Shown here: one piece after another, positions 12,101 through 23,754 of the stretch
How positions within the stretch are numbered: position 1 is the first letter of the stretch
Layout: each line of letters begins with the position of its first letter
Assembly: GCA_030248215.1 (NCBI GenBank)
Contig: JASANG010000611.1
Location: 62,001 to 126,000 of the forward strand
DNA from: Enoplolaimus lenunculus
Lineage: Eukaryota
Reading direction: 5' to 3'
DNA length: 64,000 nucleotides
The notes under the pieces: model-generated
Told to the model about the DNA's origin: nothing
The model's input: only the letters and a program-made list of their open reading frames with translations
Database searches by the model: none
Translations under genes and position numbers: made by a program

Positions 12101-15100
12101 ACGAGTAAATAATCGTTAAATACTATAACTCATATACATTTATGTTACCAATAGTTGAAAAAAGTGCCGATTGAATAGCATTACGTACAGGATAAATTTA
12201 ATATACGGTGTTATAAAGGCATGGCAAATAAAGCATTTTAAAATAAATCATATATTTTATGAATTTATTTTTAATTTCTAATTTTTTGTTTGTACTCTTT
12301 TGTTTGCACAGTTTGTAATGAGTTGCACAGAATCTATATTATAAAAGTTGGAACATCCCACAGGCGTATTTTAGGCAACGTTAATGTTCCAACCCAGAGG
12401 CGGATCCAAAAATTTCTGCAGGGTGGCGTTCTGGCAAATGTTATGAAACACAAAAATTGTATATAAGGTAGGGACGTTATCATTTCGTCACCAAAAAATT
12501 TTCTGAGGGCGAAAAATTGTGAGGTAGGGAACCCACCATTTTAACACAAGTTACACCAACCCAAACTTAGGTGTACGCTGAGCATTAGGTTTAGCCTTAG
12601 GGCTGGGCTAAGATATACACTCAAATTTACTATTTATGTATTGAAAGAGATGTACAAAAGCCATATTATCTCAATTAGCTGTACATATACTTATGCGGGG
12701 TTCACGTTATGACTGGGGCAGCACGGAACACGTTTTGTCCCTATGACTATAGCTGGTAACATTTTGTCTGACCGTTTATCCGCTATCAGATTCAAAAAAT
12801 TTCAATTGTCTGCGATTCTGATGCGACATCTGCTGTTTGTACTGCAATATCATATGATATTCCAAACATTGTCTGCGAGTATAATATGATATGTTTGAAA
12901 ATGTCTGCAAAGTTCTCGTAAACTAGCTTGATTGTCCTGTAGAATGTCATATGATACTAAAATTTGCAATTTAAATTGTTTGTACTTAGGAATATATTTT
13001 GGAAAAAATTCAGAAAGAAACAAAAACGTAGAAGCTAATTCAACTTTCGAAATCATTCAATGTTGCATTATCTGACTTTTTACTGTTTTATTAGCTCTCA
13101 CAAATTCCATTGTCCTGCATAATATCATATGATATTTAGTAGAATTTTGGAATATCATATGACATACGCATAAATGTCTCGTAGTATTATATGGCAAATG
13201 GCTATTTGTATACGATGATCGCTTGAGATCAGTGATTTTTAAGTCAATGTCATGTGACATTCATATTTTGTCTACATAACCGCTATTCGGATCACAAAAT
13301 TTTATGTTGACGTCGAATCAACTTGGACAAAACGTGTTCCAAGCTTCCCCAGTTATAACGTGAACCCCGCATTAAAAGCAGCGGCCAATGTATAGAATAG
13401 GGCGAAAACTTGTATAAACATATTATTCCTTAGCATTAGCATAAGCGTAACAATGAGCTTGTACTTAATCCTGAGCTTAAGCAATACAAATTCGTGTAAC
13501 ACTTAAGCGAACTGTATTCCAGTTCCACAGAAAAACGCTCCGCCCCTGATCTTTACACGGGTTCAAAGCAGTTAACAACTTTTTTTTGTATTTAACGGAA
13601 AGACAGCCTGTACGACGACTTACTTAAATTGACATGAAAGCAAAACAAATGTGTTGACAGTGCGCAAACCAGCAGAACCACAGCTGCATTTGAAATCACT
13701 ATGGTAAGCCAATGATTGTCGGCAAGATTGATTCCGAATGCTTTTTGTGAAATTGTTCGATTTAATTGAGCTGTATAGAAAATGACAAGAATACGTACGT
13801 AACCAATCATCCTTAAGAAGGCGGCAGAGAAAGCGGCCCTAGCCGTAATCAACTATTATTTTAAGATTTAATTCTAAAATTGCAGTTGGCTACTTGGTCG
13901 TTTACTGTAGTCCTGCTCCGTTCTGTATTTGCTAGTTTAACGAGGAATTCATTAAACGTTCAATATGCTACAATGATTCGGTCTGTTCTGCGATAGATTG
14001 GCGTGTAAAGTTATTCTTTGTAGAAAATGTTCCAAATTATTTTGAATTATTGGTTAAGAAATAATGCTGTAATTTTTTTCAATGTTTCTGTTCTAATTAC
14101 AATTACAGTAACCGCTGCTGGCATATCCACGATTTATTCAAACGGCAACTGCTTCAAGTTACGCGAAAACACACAAGCTGACCAGCTAAGCCTTGTAGTA
14201 ATATTGAAAGTTTTCGTTAAGCCTAACTAAAACTTTGAACTCAAAAACGGTGTGAGTAATCATCTTTGCCACCCCTTTCTTATTTGAACTTGGAACAGAG
14301 TCAGGCAATTGGACAGCTCACCTTGCTAGGGAACGAAGTAAAAAATTTTCACGATGGGCATACAAGGGTTTTCGATGACTTACAAGCAAAGTGAGAATTT
14401 TCTAGAGGGACCAAAATTTTTCCAGGGGAGCTCAACGTCCCCCTGCCATCCCCTCTTGCTATGGGTCCAAATAGTAGGTTTTCTTTTTACCATCAATTCC
14501 TGAAAAAGCGTTGGCATCAATGGAGACACTTTGATTTGCCTGCTGTAGATTGGAAGATGGTGTCGTATAATATAAGGCAATTACAGTGAGCGAAGCTGCC
14601 ACAATGCAAACGCAAATTGCAATTATTGAACACAGATACACAATGAACCACCTGAAATAATAGATCACAGTATACTAATTAATGTTTTTAACCTCTTATT
14701 AATTTGTATTTTTCTGAAGAAGTGATATAAATCCAAATACCGCAGACTAAAATCTGGGCTCATATTTTCAAATGTAGTGTGTAACATGTATTGCCAGTTG
14801 GTCATGGGTCTTACAACCTTTCAATCAGTGAATAGCAAGGTTGAATATTAAGCGTATTTGATTAACCCAACTTTTATGCTATAAAACCTATGGGAAACAA
14901 CATATTTTATTTTGAAATTCTTATAGTCGCTCTTGTACATACATTTCTGCCATCATAGAATTAGCCATGACACGTTTGGACTTAGCACAAAAGTTACTTT
15001 TGCCTATCCTTTTCCTAAAGTCTAAGCCTTAACTTTTAACGGGGTGAGGCTAAAGGAACTTATACCAGAGGCAGTATTGCTTCAAATCCAAATTTCGCCG

Positions 15101-17949
15101 TAATGGACATGTACCTTAAAACGGTTTTGTTTTCAAGCATAAGAAAATGTGAAATTAAGCGAACAGGTGAAATCGATCAAAGCTTTCGCGATATTAAATG
15201 CAATCATAATTAAATTTTCAAATAAATGATGTTTGTAGTTCATACCAACCTGTAGTTGCGTTTCCCAATGCAGTTATTGAGCCATTTGCAATGATGATCA
15301 AAGTTTACAACGCATTTGTTGCACTGGCGGCAGTGTTTACATGATTTATCTCTGCACATAGAATAGAATATATATGTTGCTAATGCAAGAATAGAACATG
15401 AAGTATTTGGCCTATGTTACTTTAAGTAGCGTAACAGACATTAAGCGTATTCTTAGCCTAAGCGTAAGCCTAAGCCTAAGCTTAAGCATAAAAAATGTAA
15501 TCTAGAATCTAAACCTATACTCTTTTACGGGCCCATCAGAAACCTGGACGCCCCTTAAAGTTAAATGGGCCCAGTATTTAATATTCAAAGTCTACAATGT
15601 CATGAGTGCACCAGGTGACTTTTGACGATGAGGGGGTGGATAATAGTCCCTGAAGTAAAAAAATTCAGTAGCCAGCACACTGAAGCCAAAAACATCAGCA
15701 GCCAACACACTGAAGCCAAAAAACTTCAGTAGCCAGCACACTGAAGCCAAATGACTTCAGTAGCAAGCACACTGAAGCCACAAAACTTCAGTAGCCAGCA
15801 CACTGAAAGCAGAAAACTTCAGTAGCCAGCACACTGAAGCCACAAAACTTCAGTAGCCAGCACACTGAAGGCAGAAAACTTCAGTAGCCAGAACACTGAA
15901 GCCACAAAACTTCAGTAGCCAGCACACTGACGCCACAAAACTTCAGTAGCCAGCACACTGAAGCCACAAAACTTCAGTAGCCAGCACACTGAAGACAGAA
16001 ACCTTCAGTAGCCAGCACACTGAAGCTATAACTCCTTCTGTGTTCTTCACATATCTCCCAAAAACAATACTTGGCGTAAGCATGATATTGTCGAAGTTGC
16101 ATTACTGTAACGAACCTGCAGTAAGGTTTCAAACATACTCTCACCAAATATTGAGAATTGTTCAGTTGCCTTATGCTCCATGACTCAGGGTTTCACCTTA
16201 ATATATTCAGACACTTAAAAAAGTTATTAACAAGACGTTTTAAGGTTTACATTTCAAGACTAAAATTTTCTGCAAAATTAAATCGAAAATATAAAGTAAA
16301 TACACTTTGTAAAGAACGAGTCAATTTCCGTTGATTGAAGGAAAACAGCTGGCATATATCTGATACGGCGGATGGTACATGTAAAGCCACGGGACTGCGA
16401 TAGACAAAAGTTAAGTTTTAGAGTAATGTTTTGCTTAGACTTACGCTTACACATTGGCTTAGTCTTAAGAATATACCTTTACTGCTGCTACGGCACTGTT
16501 CTTTACATTGGGTCTGCAGATTAATAATGCTTGACAAAACTGACAAAGACTACATTTACTTACATAGTTTCTTCGCAAATATTGCAATAGTAATCGGGAC
16601 TAATGACGTGTGGCCCTTGCGCTGAGTTGGCGTCAAAGCTCGGACGCTCAGGTTTTGAACGAATTTTAGCTCGAACTGCAGCGTCTCCTGGATCAATTGT
16701 TGTGATTAAGATTGTTAGCGAAATTTCTATTACGATCAGAAATGATGTTACCTAAAATTGAATAACAATCAAATATACAGGTTGCGATAAATTAAAATAT
16801 TTTCATCAAAAACTACTCATCGAATTAATTTTGAAATTCTTATTAAATAAAGTTACACTTGTTCATGACATAATTAACACGAAAACAAATATGTTAAAGA
16901 AGTGCTATACTGCACAAATTGGACTAAAGACAACCGAGATGTAGGAAACAGCTGAACGACATCTTAGAATGAGACACAATCAAGCGCACGCTAATAATCG
17001 ATACACGGACCAGTGGATCGAAGTGCGCTACAAAGGTAACAACTAACAGAATCGAAGAAACCATTATGAACCTGGGTCTTGTTTTAGCACGAATTTAATC
17101 GTTTCTGCGAAATTGATTCTCTACGTATCTGAAAGGCGTAACGACATCATCTCTACTGCATTAGCATTGATTGGATATGTAGCCGGTCCCGTCAGATATT
17201 TCTGAATGCTCCACTAAGGTAGAATAAGCCGTTTAACTGACATTTGAGGGAGCCTAATAAGCTAACTCCGTGCGTAAAATTAGTGTTAGGTAGGGTGTAA
17301 ACGGATAGTAAAAATCACGCAAACGGAAAACGGATGTTGAAATGTAAAAGTTTCAAAATTTTTTTATTTTTCTGCCAATACAACTGAGGCGAGCAAATAT
17401 TCATCTTTTCCTTTAACAATTTTAAAGAAAATAATGACGGATGCATCGAAATTTTTAATATTTAGAATGAATTTCATTAGTTTTATTTCATTTCAAACTG
17501 TTGCAGCATGTCTCATATCTATAACAAAATTAGGCGAGATACGTGGATTATAACTAATTTTGAACGCAAAAATAGCAGAATTACCATTATTTCTATAATC
17601 GAAACGGAAACGCATTTTTATCGCAAACGGAAACGGATATTCGGTTATTGGTTCGAAACACATTCTTTTATTGAACTTGATAAATTAGCTACGTTTGTGG
17701 TATCATTCTTAGCTTCTTTTTCTACGGAAATATTGCAGTAACGCTAAGTAGTGAGTAGGGATAATTTCCTTTTCACCACAAAAGGGTTAATATTAAAACA
17801 AACTCACTGTGTATAACACAATTTTTGTTAAACGATCAGCAAACGAAGGCAGTGTAACGCCCATTGTGACCACAATTACATAAACTTGTATCAGCCACGC
17901 ACTAACTTGGTAGATATTTGTAGGCCAACTCCAACCGTTAATACGACTT
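4727..17949 (-). CDS. ZDHHC1: DHHC palmitoyltransferase, ZDHHC1/ZDHHC11 subfamily; exons 17949-17808, 16751-16564, 15351-15250, 14651-14491, 13770-13624, 11924-11635, 9155-8957, 6561-6433, 5802-4727; start exon lies upstream and is uncertain
   Basis: Phase-consistent splicing gives SRINGWSWP (subfamily N-terminal motif), TM1-2, [43 protein letters not shown] (DHHC Cys-rich domain), TM3-4, [20 protein letters not shown], then a long low-complexity tail (poly-T, poly-N) ending [10 protein letters not shown]. About 810 codons. Candidate 5' exons are 19755-19700 or 19947-19940. ZDHHC1 versus ZDHHC11 cannot be separated. Confidence 0.92.
6915..7323 (+). mobile_element. MITE family A copy
   Basis: Same TIRs and body as 1154-1598. 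A truncated left end also starts near 6687. Confidence 0.85.
7355..7508. repeat. Compound (TAA)/(CAA)/(CAC) microsatellite
   Basis: Directly visible trinucleotide tracts; intronic. Confidence 0.9.
7753..8173 (+). mobile_element. hAT-type MITE family D
   Basis: TIR CAGGGTTCCA..TGGAACCCTG; perfect 8-bp TSD gaataatc; subterminal ggaatc/ggaacc hexamers. Confidence 0.85.
8525..8860. repeat. Fold-back repeat: arm-loop-inverted arm-arm-loop
   Basis: 8525-8614 pairs with 8658-8748; arm and loop are then repeated directly at ~8744-8860. Confidence 0.85.
12694..13371. mobile_element. PIF/Harbinger-type non-autonomous element
   Basis: ~47-bp TIRs tgcggggttcacgttatgactgggg..gaacacgttttgtcc, flanked by TTA on both sides; internal degenerate tatcatatgat repeats. 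Confidence 0.78.
13383..13564 (-). mobile_element. MITE family C, diverged copy
   Basis: ggccaatgtatagaatagggcg left end; near-TSD aaagcagc/aaagcagt; decayed CCTAAG units. Further fragments near 15450, 16400, 18000, 39330 and 58060. Confidence 0.7.
15650..16026. repeat. 31-bp minisatellite (~12 copies), each unit with an internal palindrome
   Basis: Consensus ctgaagccacaaaacttcagtagccagcaca; stem ACTGAAG/CTTCAGT around an 8-nt loop. Confidence 0.93.
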
Positions 17950-18757
17950 CTGCAATCAACTTCAATATACTATAGTGAGAAGCGTACTGCTTAAATTTTC
18001 GGCCCGTGTAAAAGATCAGGGCGGAACGTTTTTTTGCAGGACTGCAATAGAATGAGCTTAAGCTTTAGACTAATTTTCTGCTTAGGCTTAGGCTTTCTTG
18101 TCACGACAGAGGAAATCAGAAAGTTATGTTTTAAAAAAATTAGAGCAATTTCGATTTTTAGTTTTCAAAGTACAAAGCACCATATAATCATGCTTGACAA
18201 CAGTTGCATGGCTAAATTTTCAGCCCGGCAGTGCAAGACAGGCCCAGGCCCGTAGGTGGGGCATACAAACGTTTTCAATGACATACAAGCATGGTTATAA
18301 AATTTCAGGGGGCCAAAAATTGTCCAGGGGCGCTAAATCCCCTGGCCCCAATCTGACTACGGGTCTGGTGACAAAACTATTCTGGCACTTAAGTGAATGA
18401 CACTTTTATACTAAAACTAACCTTCGATTATCTGTCTTCTTTACCATAAATAACTAATTATAAACATTAAAATTTGTTTTTCTATTAATTTTCAACACAT
18501 TAATACTTAGCTAAGGTAACGTATTAGAATTTTATAAAAACACAGTTGCTCATATACTTCAAAAACTTAATGCTCAAATCCGGACCCCTAGGCGGCCAGA
18601 AGGTGCTCAGGCCCATGTGAAACTTTTGCCCTACCCTGTTAAAATGTTACCGTTGCTCGAATACAATATTACAAGATCTTGCCGTCATTGAAATTCCCTC
18701 TACTATGGTACGATGGCTGGCTAAATATACGCTGGTTTAATTCCAGATCATAATTTC

Positions 18758-18955
18758 GGCCCACGTATAGAACAGGGCCGGGTCGTTTTTCGGTGGGGCT
18801 ATAATAGAGTCAGTTTAAGCTTTAGACTAATTTTTTTGCTTAGGCTTAAGATTACGCTTAGGAATAGGCTCATCCATACGCTTTAGGCTTATGCTTAGGC
18901 TTAGGCTTAGGAATATGCTTATACTACTGTTTCGGCCCTATTCTATGCATATGCC
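18758..18955 (+). mobile_element. MITE family C: GG-terminated, 8-bp TSD, internal TTAGGC arrays
   Basis: TIR ~GGCCCATGTATAGAACAGGGCCG; TSD ataatttc (18750-18757 and 18956-18963); internal gcttaggcttaggcttagg. Confidence 0.85.
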
Positions 18956-20336
18956 ATAATTTCTGTCAAAAACGATACGTGTAATTGTACATTTCACAAA
19001 AATCGCGTTTCATAAGCAATATTTTTAATATTTGTAAAAAGAACCATAAAGCATACCAAATAAAGTACATAATAATCAAAAAAACCATTCAACACCGATA
19101 CAAAAATGCCTAAAACTTTCTATACAATTTAGACAACTTTTCGTGATCTATTTTAGTCAATTTCAGGTTGACAAAGTACACATTACATATTAACGGGTAA
19201 ATCAGCTTTTCAAACTAAGTATATATACTCAAACACGGTACATAGGGGGGGTTTAATTTACTACATATTGCTCTGTTTCTCTCCTCACAGCATCAGAGTT
19301 GTCATAGTAACCTAAAACTGTACCCAATGCATATATAAATATATCCAGGTTCAACTTGCGGGTTTTTCTACTGCAAGTTGGTTTGTTGATCGCTATATAC
19401 CGCGAGGTTTGGGCTTAAAATCGTTTTAATCACGACGTTATTGATTTAGGCTTAGGTACATCAACTGGTTTTATAATTTAATTGCATATATTAAGTTCAT
19501 GACCGTTGTATTAGATATTAAACATTAATGTAAACCAGAAATCTATTTACTGGTGAAAACCGGCACTGGAAAATGACTAATAAATGATCTCTTAAACGTC
19601 GAATTGACCGATCGTTAGCGAGGATTTAAAAAAGCAGCGCCGTTGCGAAGACAACAATAGTGCAAGGACTGGGGGTGCGGTCCCGCTCTTTGTACTTACG
19701 CCCGTGCTAGGCTAGTTGAAAGTTTGAGTTGTGTCGATACTTTATTCACAACAAACTACGCCCTTAAACGGATCTATATTGTTCCAACACTGTAACATGC
19801 CAAAATTTGAATGACTTTTGGCGAGATAAGCAATACCAAATCCTTTACTCGAAAACAGTAATAGCATAAAAACGTGGTCTAGAAATGTTAGCTTTAGAAC
19901 GTGGTTATAGATCCGTAAAACCAATCAGGTGTAATATACCTATACATATAAAATCCTTAAATGTTCGTGTCAGTGTTGTTCTTCTAAAAGGTTCAAATCC
20001 TGTTCATAGACCACGCAAGCAGAATATTAATGTTTTACGTCAGATGAAACACGTTTCTTATTCTTGCGTAAACCTGAATACCAATTGTCGATTGTACAAC
20101 TGTAAGTAAATAAGGAAAAATAAATGAAGAACTTGACAAAATCAATATCATATAAACTCAGAACAGCGAAAACATGTCATCATGAAGGATTTAGGTTAAA
20201 TTGTCTGATCATCACATCCAACGGTTCGCGCGTTTGGTAAAAATTCCCTTCCAGCAACATTAATAGCTTCAATTTTCAGCTATGGACTTAAACTTTGAAA
20301 ATTAGGCGAAAAATGATCAATTAATTTGTTGCCCAG

Positions 20337-20770
20337 TACAATAGCGAAACGATCTTCGCATAACAGGGTCCTATATTTATTTGGCCTCTCCACAAGGCAC
20401 CCCCTGTTATTCGGTTACGTACTGTTATTGATTTTTAGTCCTCCCTCCGTCGAGCTTCGTAACTAATATATTCGGTTTGCAACAATGCGTTGAATAAAAC
20501 GTTTTATTTGTCTTGTTTTAATAGCTTGAGCGATAATGCAAGGCTGTACTTAGGAATGTACTTTCAAAATTTAAGTACGCTTTAAAGATTCGAACTCAAA
20601 ATATTTGGTGCTGGAGTCGTTTATGCGCTACAATTAGGGTTTAATTGACATTTATGGACTCTAATTAGGGTTTAGGGACTCTATCCGCTTACGGACTCTT
20701 ATTAGGAATACGGACTCCTATTCATTGGGACTCAAAATGAGGACCCCCTCGTATTCGGTTCAGTACAGTA
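20337..20770 (-). mobile_element. MITE family A copy (reverse orientation)
   Basis: Reverse complement of the family A body (aatgtactttcaaaatttaagtacgctttaaagattcgaactcaaa); TIRs partly decayed. Confidence 0.8.
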
Positions 20771-22189
20771 CAAGGAAGGATAAGCGAGACATATCTTTTT
20801 CCAAACGGTGTTGGACTTCAGAATCAACAAGCTTCATTCTTTGCTACGCTGGCTCGCAAAAGCTTTGAAATACGGTGATCTGCTGCACAAACCGTGGTTT
20901 GTCGTTTTTATTAAAACGGTTGCTGAAAATTTTTACGGGGTCATAAAATAAAACAGGCCTTCTAAGAATCGCGAAACCCTTCAAAAATCATGAACGAGAA
21001 ATTGCGTGCAATAACAAACATTAAATGTAACACTTTTTGACATTACTTAAATATTAATTGTATTTGTTACTCTATCATAGCTTGCTTCTTAAGTAGTCAT
21101 CATTGCTATGTTTGGTGTCCTGGTACCGTTATATGGCTTCCAAGCCCTCTCGTTGTTCAACCCCGGGTTCCGTTTCGAATTCAAGATTTTGCTGTGGAGC
21201 AGGGTACTTTTCATGTTCTGAAAATTGCAATTTTAATCTGTGTTTTTAGTCTTTTTCATAATTGACTAATTGCACCGAATGAAAAAATTAAATTTCGTGA
21301 TGTAACCTGGTCATATTTTTCACCTATTTGGCTAGAAAACTCATTATGAGCTTTTGATGAAGCATATCCATCGCAAAGTTTTCAGCCGACAGGGCAGCTG
21401 AAAGATTTGTTCCATTCTCCCTGAACACGCCATTGCTCTGGTTGGATTCTGGACCGTTACAAGAAGAAGAAAACCATTGTGTTTTATGTGTTCGTTTACT
21501 AAAGAACTACTAGTCAATGGTAAGTCGAAACCACTTCTGCACGTTGTTGCAGCAGCTAGAAATAGAACAGATTTTACATTGTTCATCAATGTGTTGCGAG
21601 ACGTTAAATGTCAAATTATTGATTCACGTTTTAAAGCGGTTAAATTTTTTATAGAAAATCAAACGGTAATATGTCTTCGGTTTTCCAAAAATGCTTAAAA
21701 ATATATTATATGAAGGTACCCTATTGAAACGTCGAACACCGCTAATGGTTACAATATTCCGTAGCCTTTATTTCGGTCTAGAAAAGAAAGTTGTTTGATC
21801 AGTAACCTAGGGCAAGAACGATATGTTGTATTGTTGGTGCAGTATGTTCATTCCAGATCGCTGTATTAACAACAAAGTGCTCGGTGTTTCCGATCATTTT
21901 TTGCTAAACTTACTGAAAACGTCACAACGGTGGAAGCTATACAAACACGTTATATACCAAACAAATGGTGTGGAAATTATTCGTATGCGTGGCGGTACAG
22001 TTCAAGGAAGCAATTGGGACTTAAATCTGCGCATTATGCGTGGTTGTTTATTGCAACACAAATAGAACTGCGAATACGGTTGGATAATGATTATTGAAAT
22101 GAATAGTGCATTGATTTATTCTGATTTTGTGCATAGACTATTTATGTTTAATAAAAGTAAAAATTGCCCTGCTAAACTCCATTTGGTTA

Positions 22190-22560
22190 CCATTTCTTGT
22201 TTACCAAAAAAATCTGTTATTCATATATATTAATGCATTTGTTTGCCAAAATGAAATTTTGTTCACCCGAAATATTCGGTACACGGAAGTTCCATTTTAC
22301 AATTTGTTTACTCCAATGAAATTTTGTTTACCCGAACCCGAAAGATCTTTTTTTGTAATTTGTTTCCCAAATGAAATTTTGTTTACCCGAACCCGAACGA
22401 TATTTTTTATACTTTGGTGACCCATAGAATTAAAAAATTTTGTTTATCCGAGATGAAAAGTTTGTTTACCAGGAAATTCTATTTCCATACCATTGAAATC
22501 TGGGATTTAAAAACATAAGCTGCTAATGAAATTTTGTTTACATGAAAGTTCAATTTTTTT
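22190..22560. repeat. Degenerate tandem repeat
   Basis: aatgaaattttgtttacccgaa-like motif recurs five or more times at irregular spacing. Confidence 0.7.
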
Positions 22561-23754
22561 ATTTTACCAAAAACTTTCAAATTTTTTTATATCCGGTACT
22601 AAATTTGATTTGTTTGCCCCGCTTGGCATTAATTTTTACCTGAAGTTTCCTCTAACAAAGTTTTAAAAATTAGTGCACATCTTAAATTATGCTTGAAGCA
22701 ACACCCGTGTCTACGTCAGCTCAAACTCTGGCGAACCTGTTATATAAATAAATATTGGTCTGTTATCAATTAACATGCCTAATATTTGTGATAGTTGCAT
22801 TTTACCGAGGTAAAAACTTTCTTTTCCGTAATATGCGGTGAAGCTATAGACGTTGTGTAAACAGGATTCAGGTTTTGGGGACGGTCACGTCAACCACATC
22901 AGTATATACGGTTTTGTTTGTAAACTTATTTTCCTCAGTTAGCATTTGGCTATTAACAGAAACAATTTTACGAATGTCATTGAACGGAACATGACCAAAT
23001 ATCAGACCACACGTACTTCCACTGCTTGATTCTACTTAACGCAAGCAAAAATTGCACTGCATATCGGTATAACAACATATTTTTAATAATAAGCATTAAT
23101 GCTCACTCAAACTTTGCATGCTCGCGTTTTGAATCCTACAACAAAACCGCTGTTTTTCACTCGTTTAACGATTTTAACGTCCAGAAGCGTTACTACAGTG
23201 TGCTTGTTTGACTTGCAGTGCGCTAGTTTGCAGTGACGTTTCTGTTGTGGTTGTAGCGTTTGCTGTCAGCATTCTTTGATTGTTAAAAATTTCAACACCT
23301 TTCATCAAATGGTAACACGTTGTACACGATGATAAGAATAGCAACAAAATACTGAATTACAAATCACTTTATTCCGTAATAATATTAACAAAGATAAAAA
23401 TATCGGACCATGTCACAACGAGAGTTAAACAAAACAAATCTAATTTGATGCGTCGGTTTATGATTTTTATGTCTCTTGATACAACCGGAGCATAAGTTCA
23501 ATGGACCCTGAAATAACCGGCGGTGTGAACTGCCTTCTGTCAATATTCAAACAATATTTATCTGATCCCAAAATGTTTCTTCAGTGTTTTAGACAGCAAT
23601 CTTCTCACATTTCGTATATTGGTCGTATTAATTACAGCTCCATGCTCCAACCCGTTATTTTAACTCATTATTGGGACGGCTTCTAGGGAATCAACAAAAA
23701 ATCGTTCCAAAACACAAACCGCATCTATAAAGACAGTTATTAAAAATTGTTTCA

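Noticed and set aside
15650..16026. CRISPR-like array of ~30-bp palindromic repeats
   Set aside because: Units are contiguous with no unique spacers, there are no cas genes, and the context is a eukaryotic intron.
21100..21520. Exon-like segments on both strands upstream of the ZDHHC gene
   Set aside because: Good splice-like sites, but I could not build a stop-free, phase-compatible join; may be UTR or non-coding.
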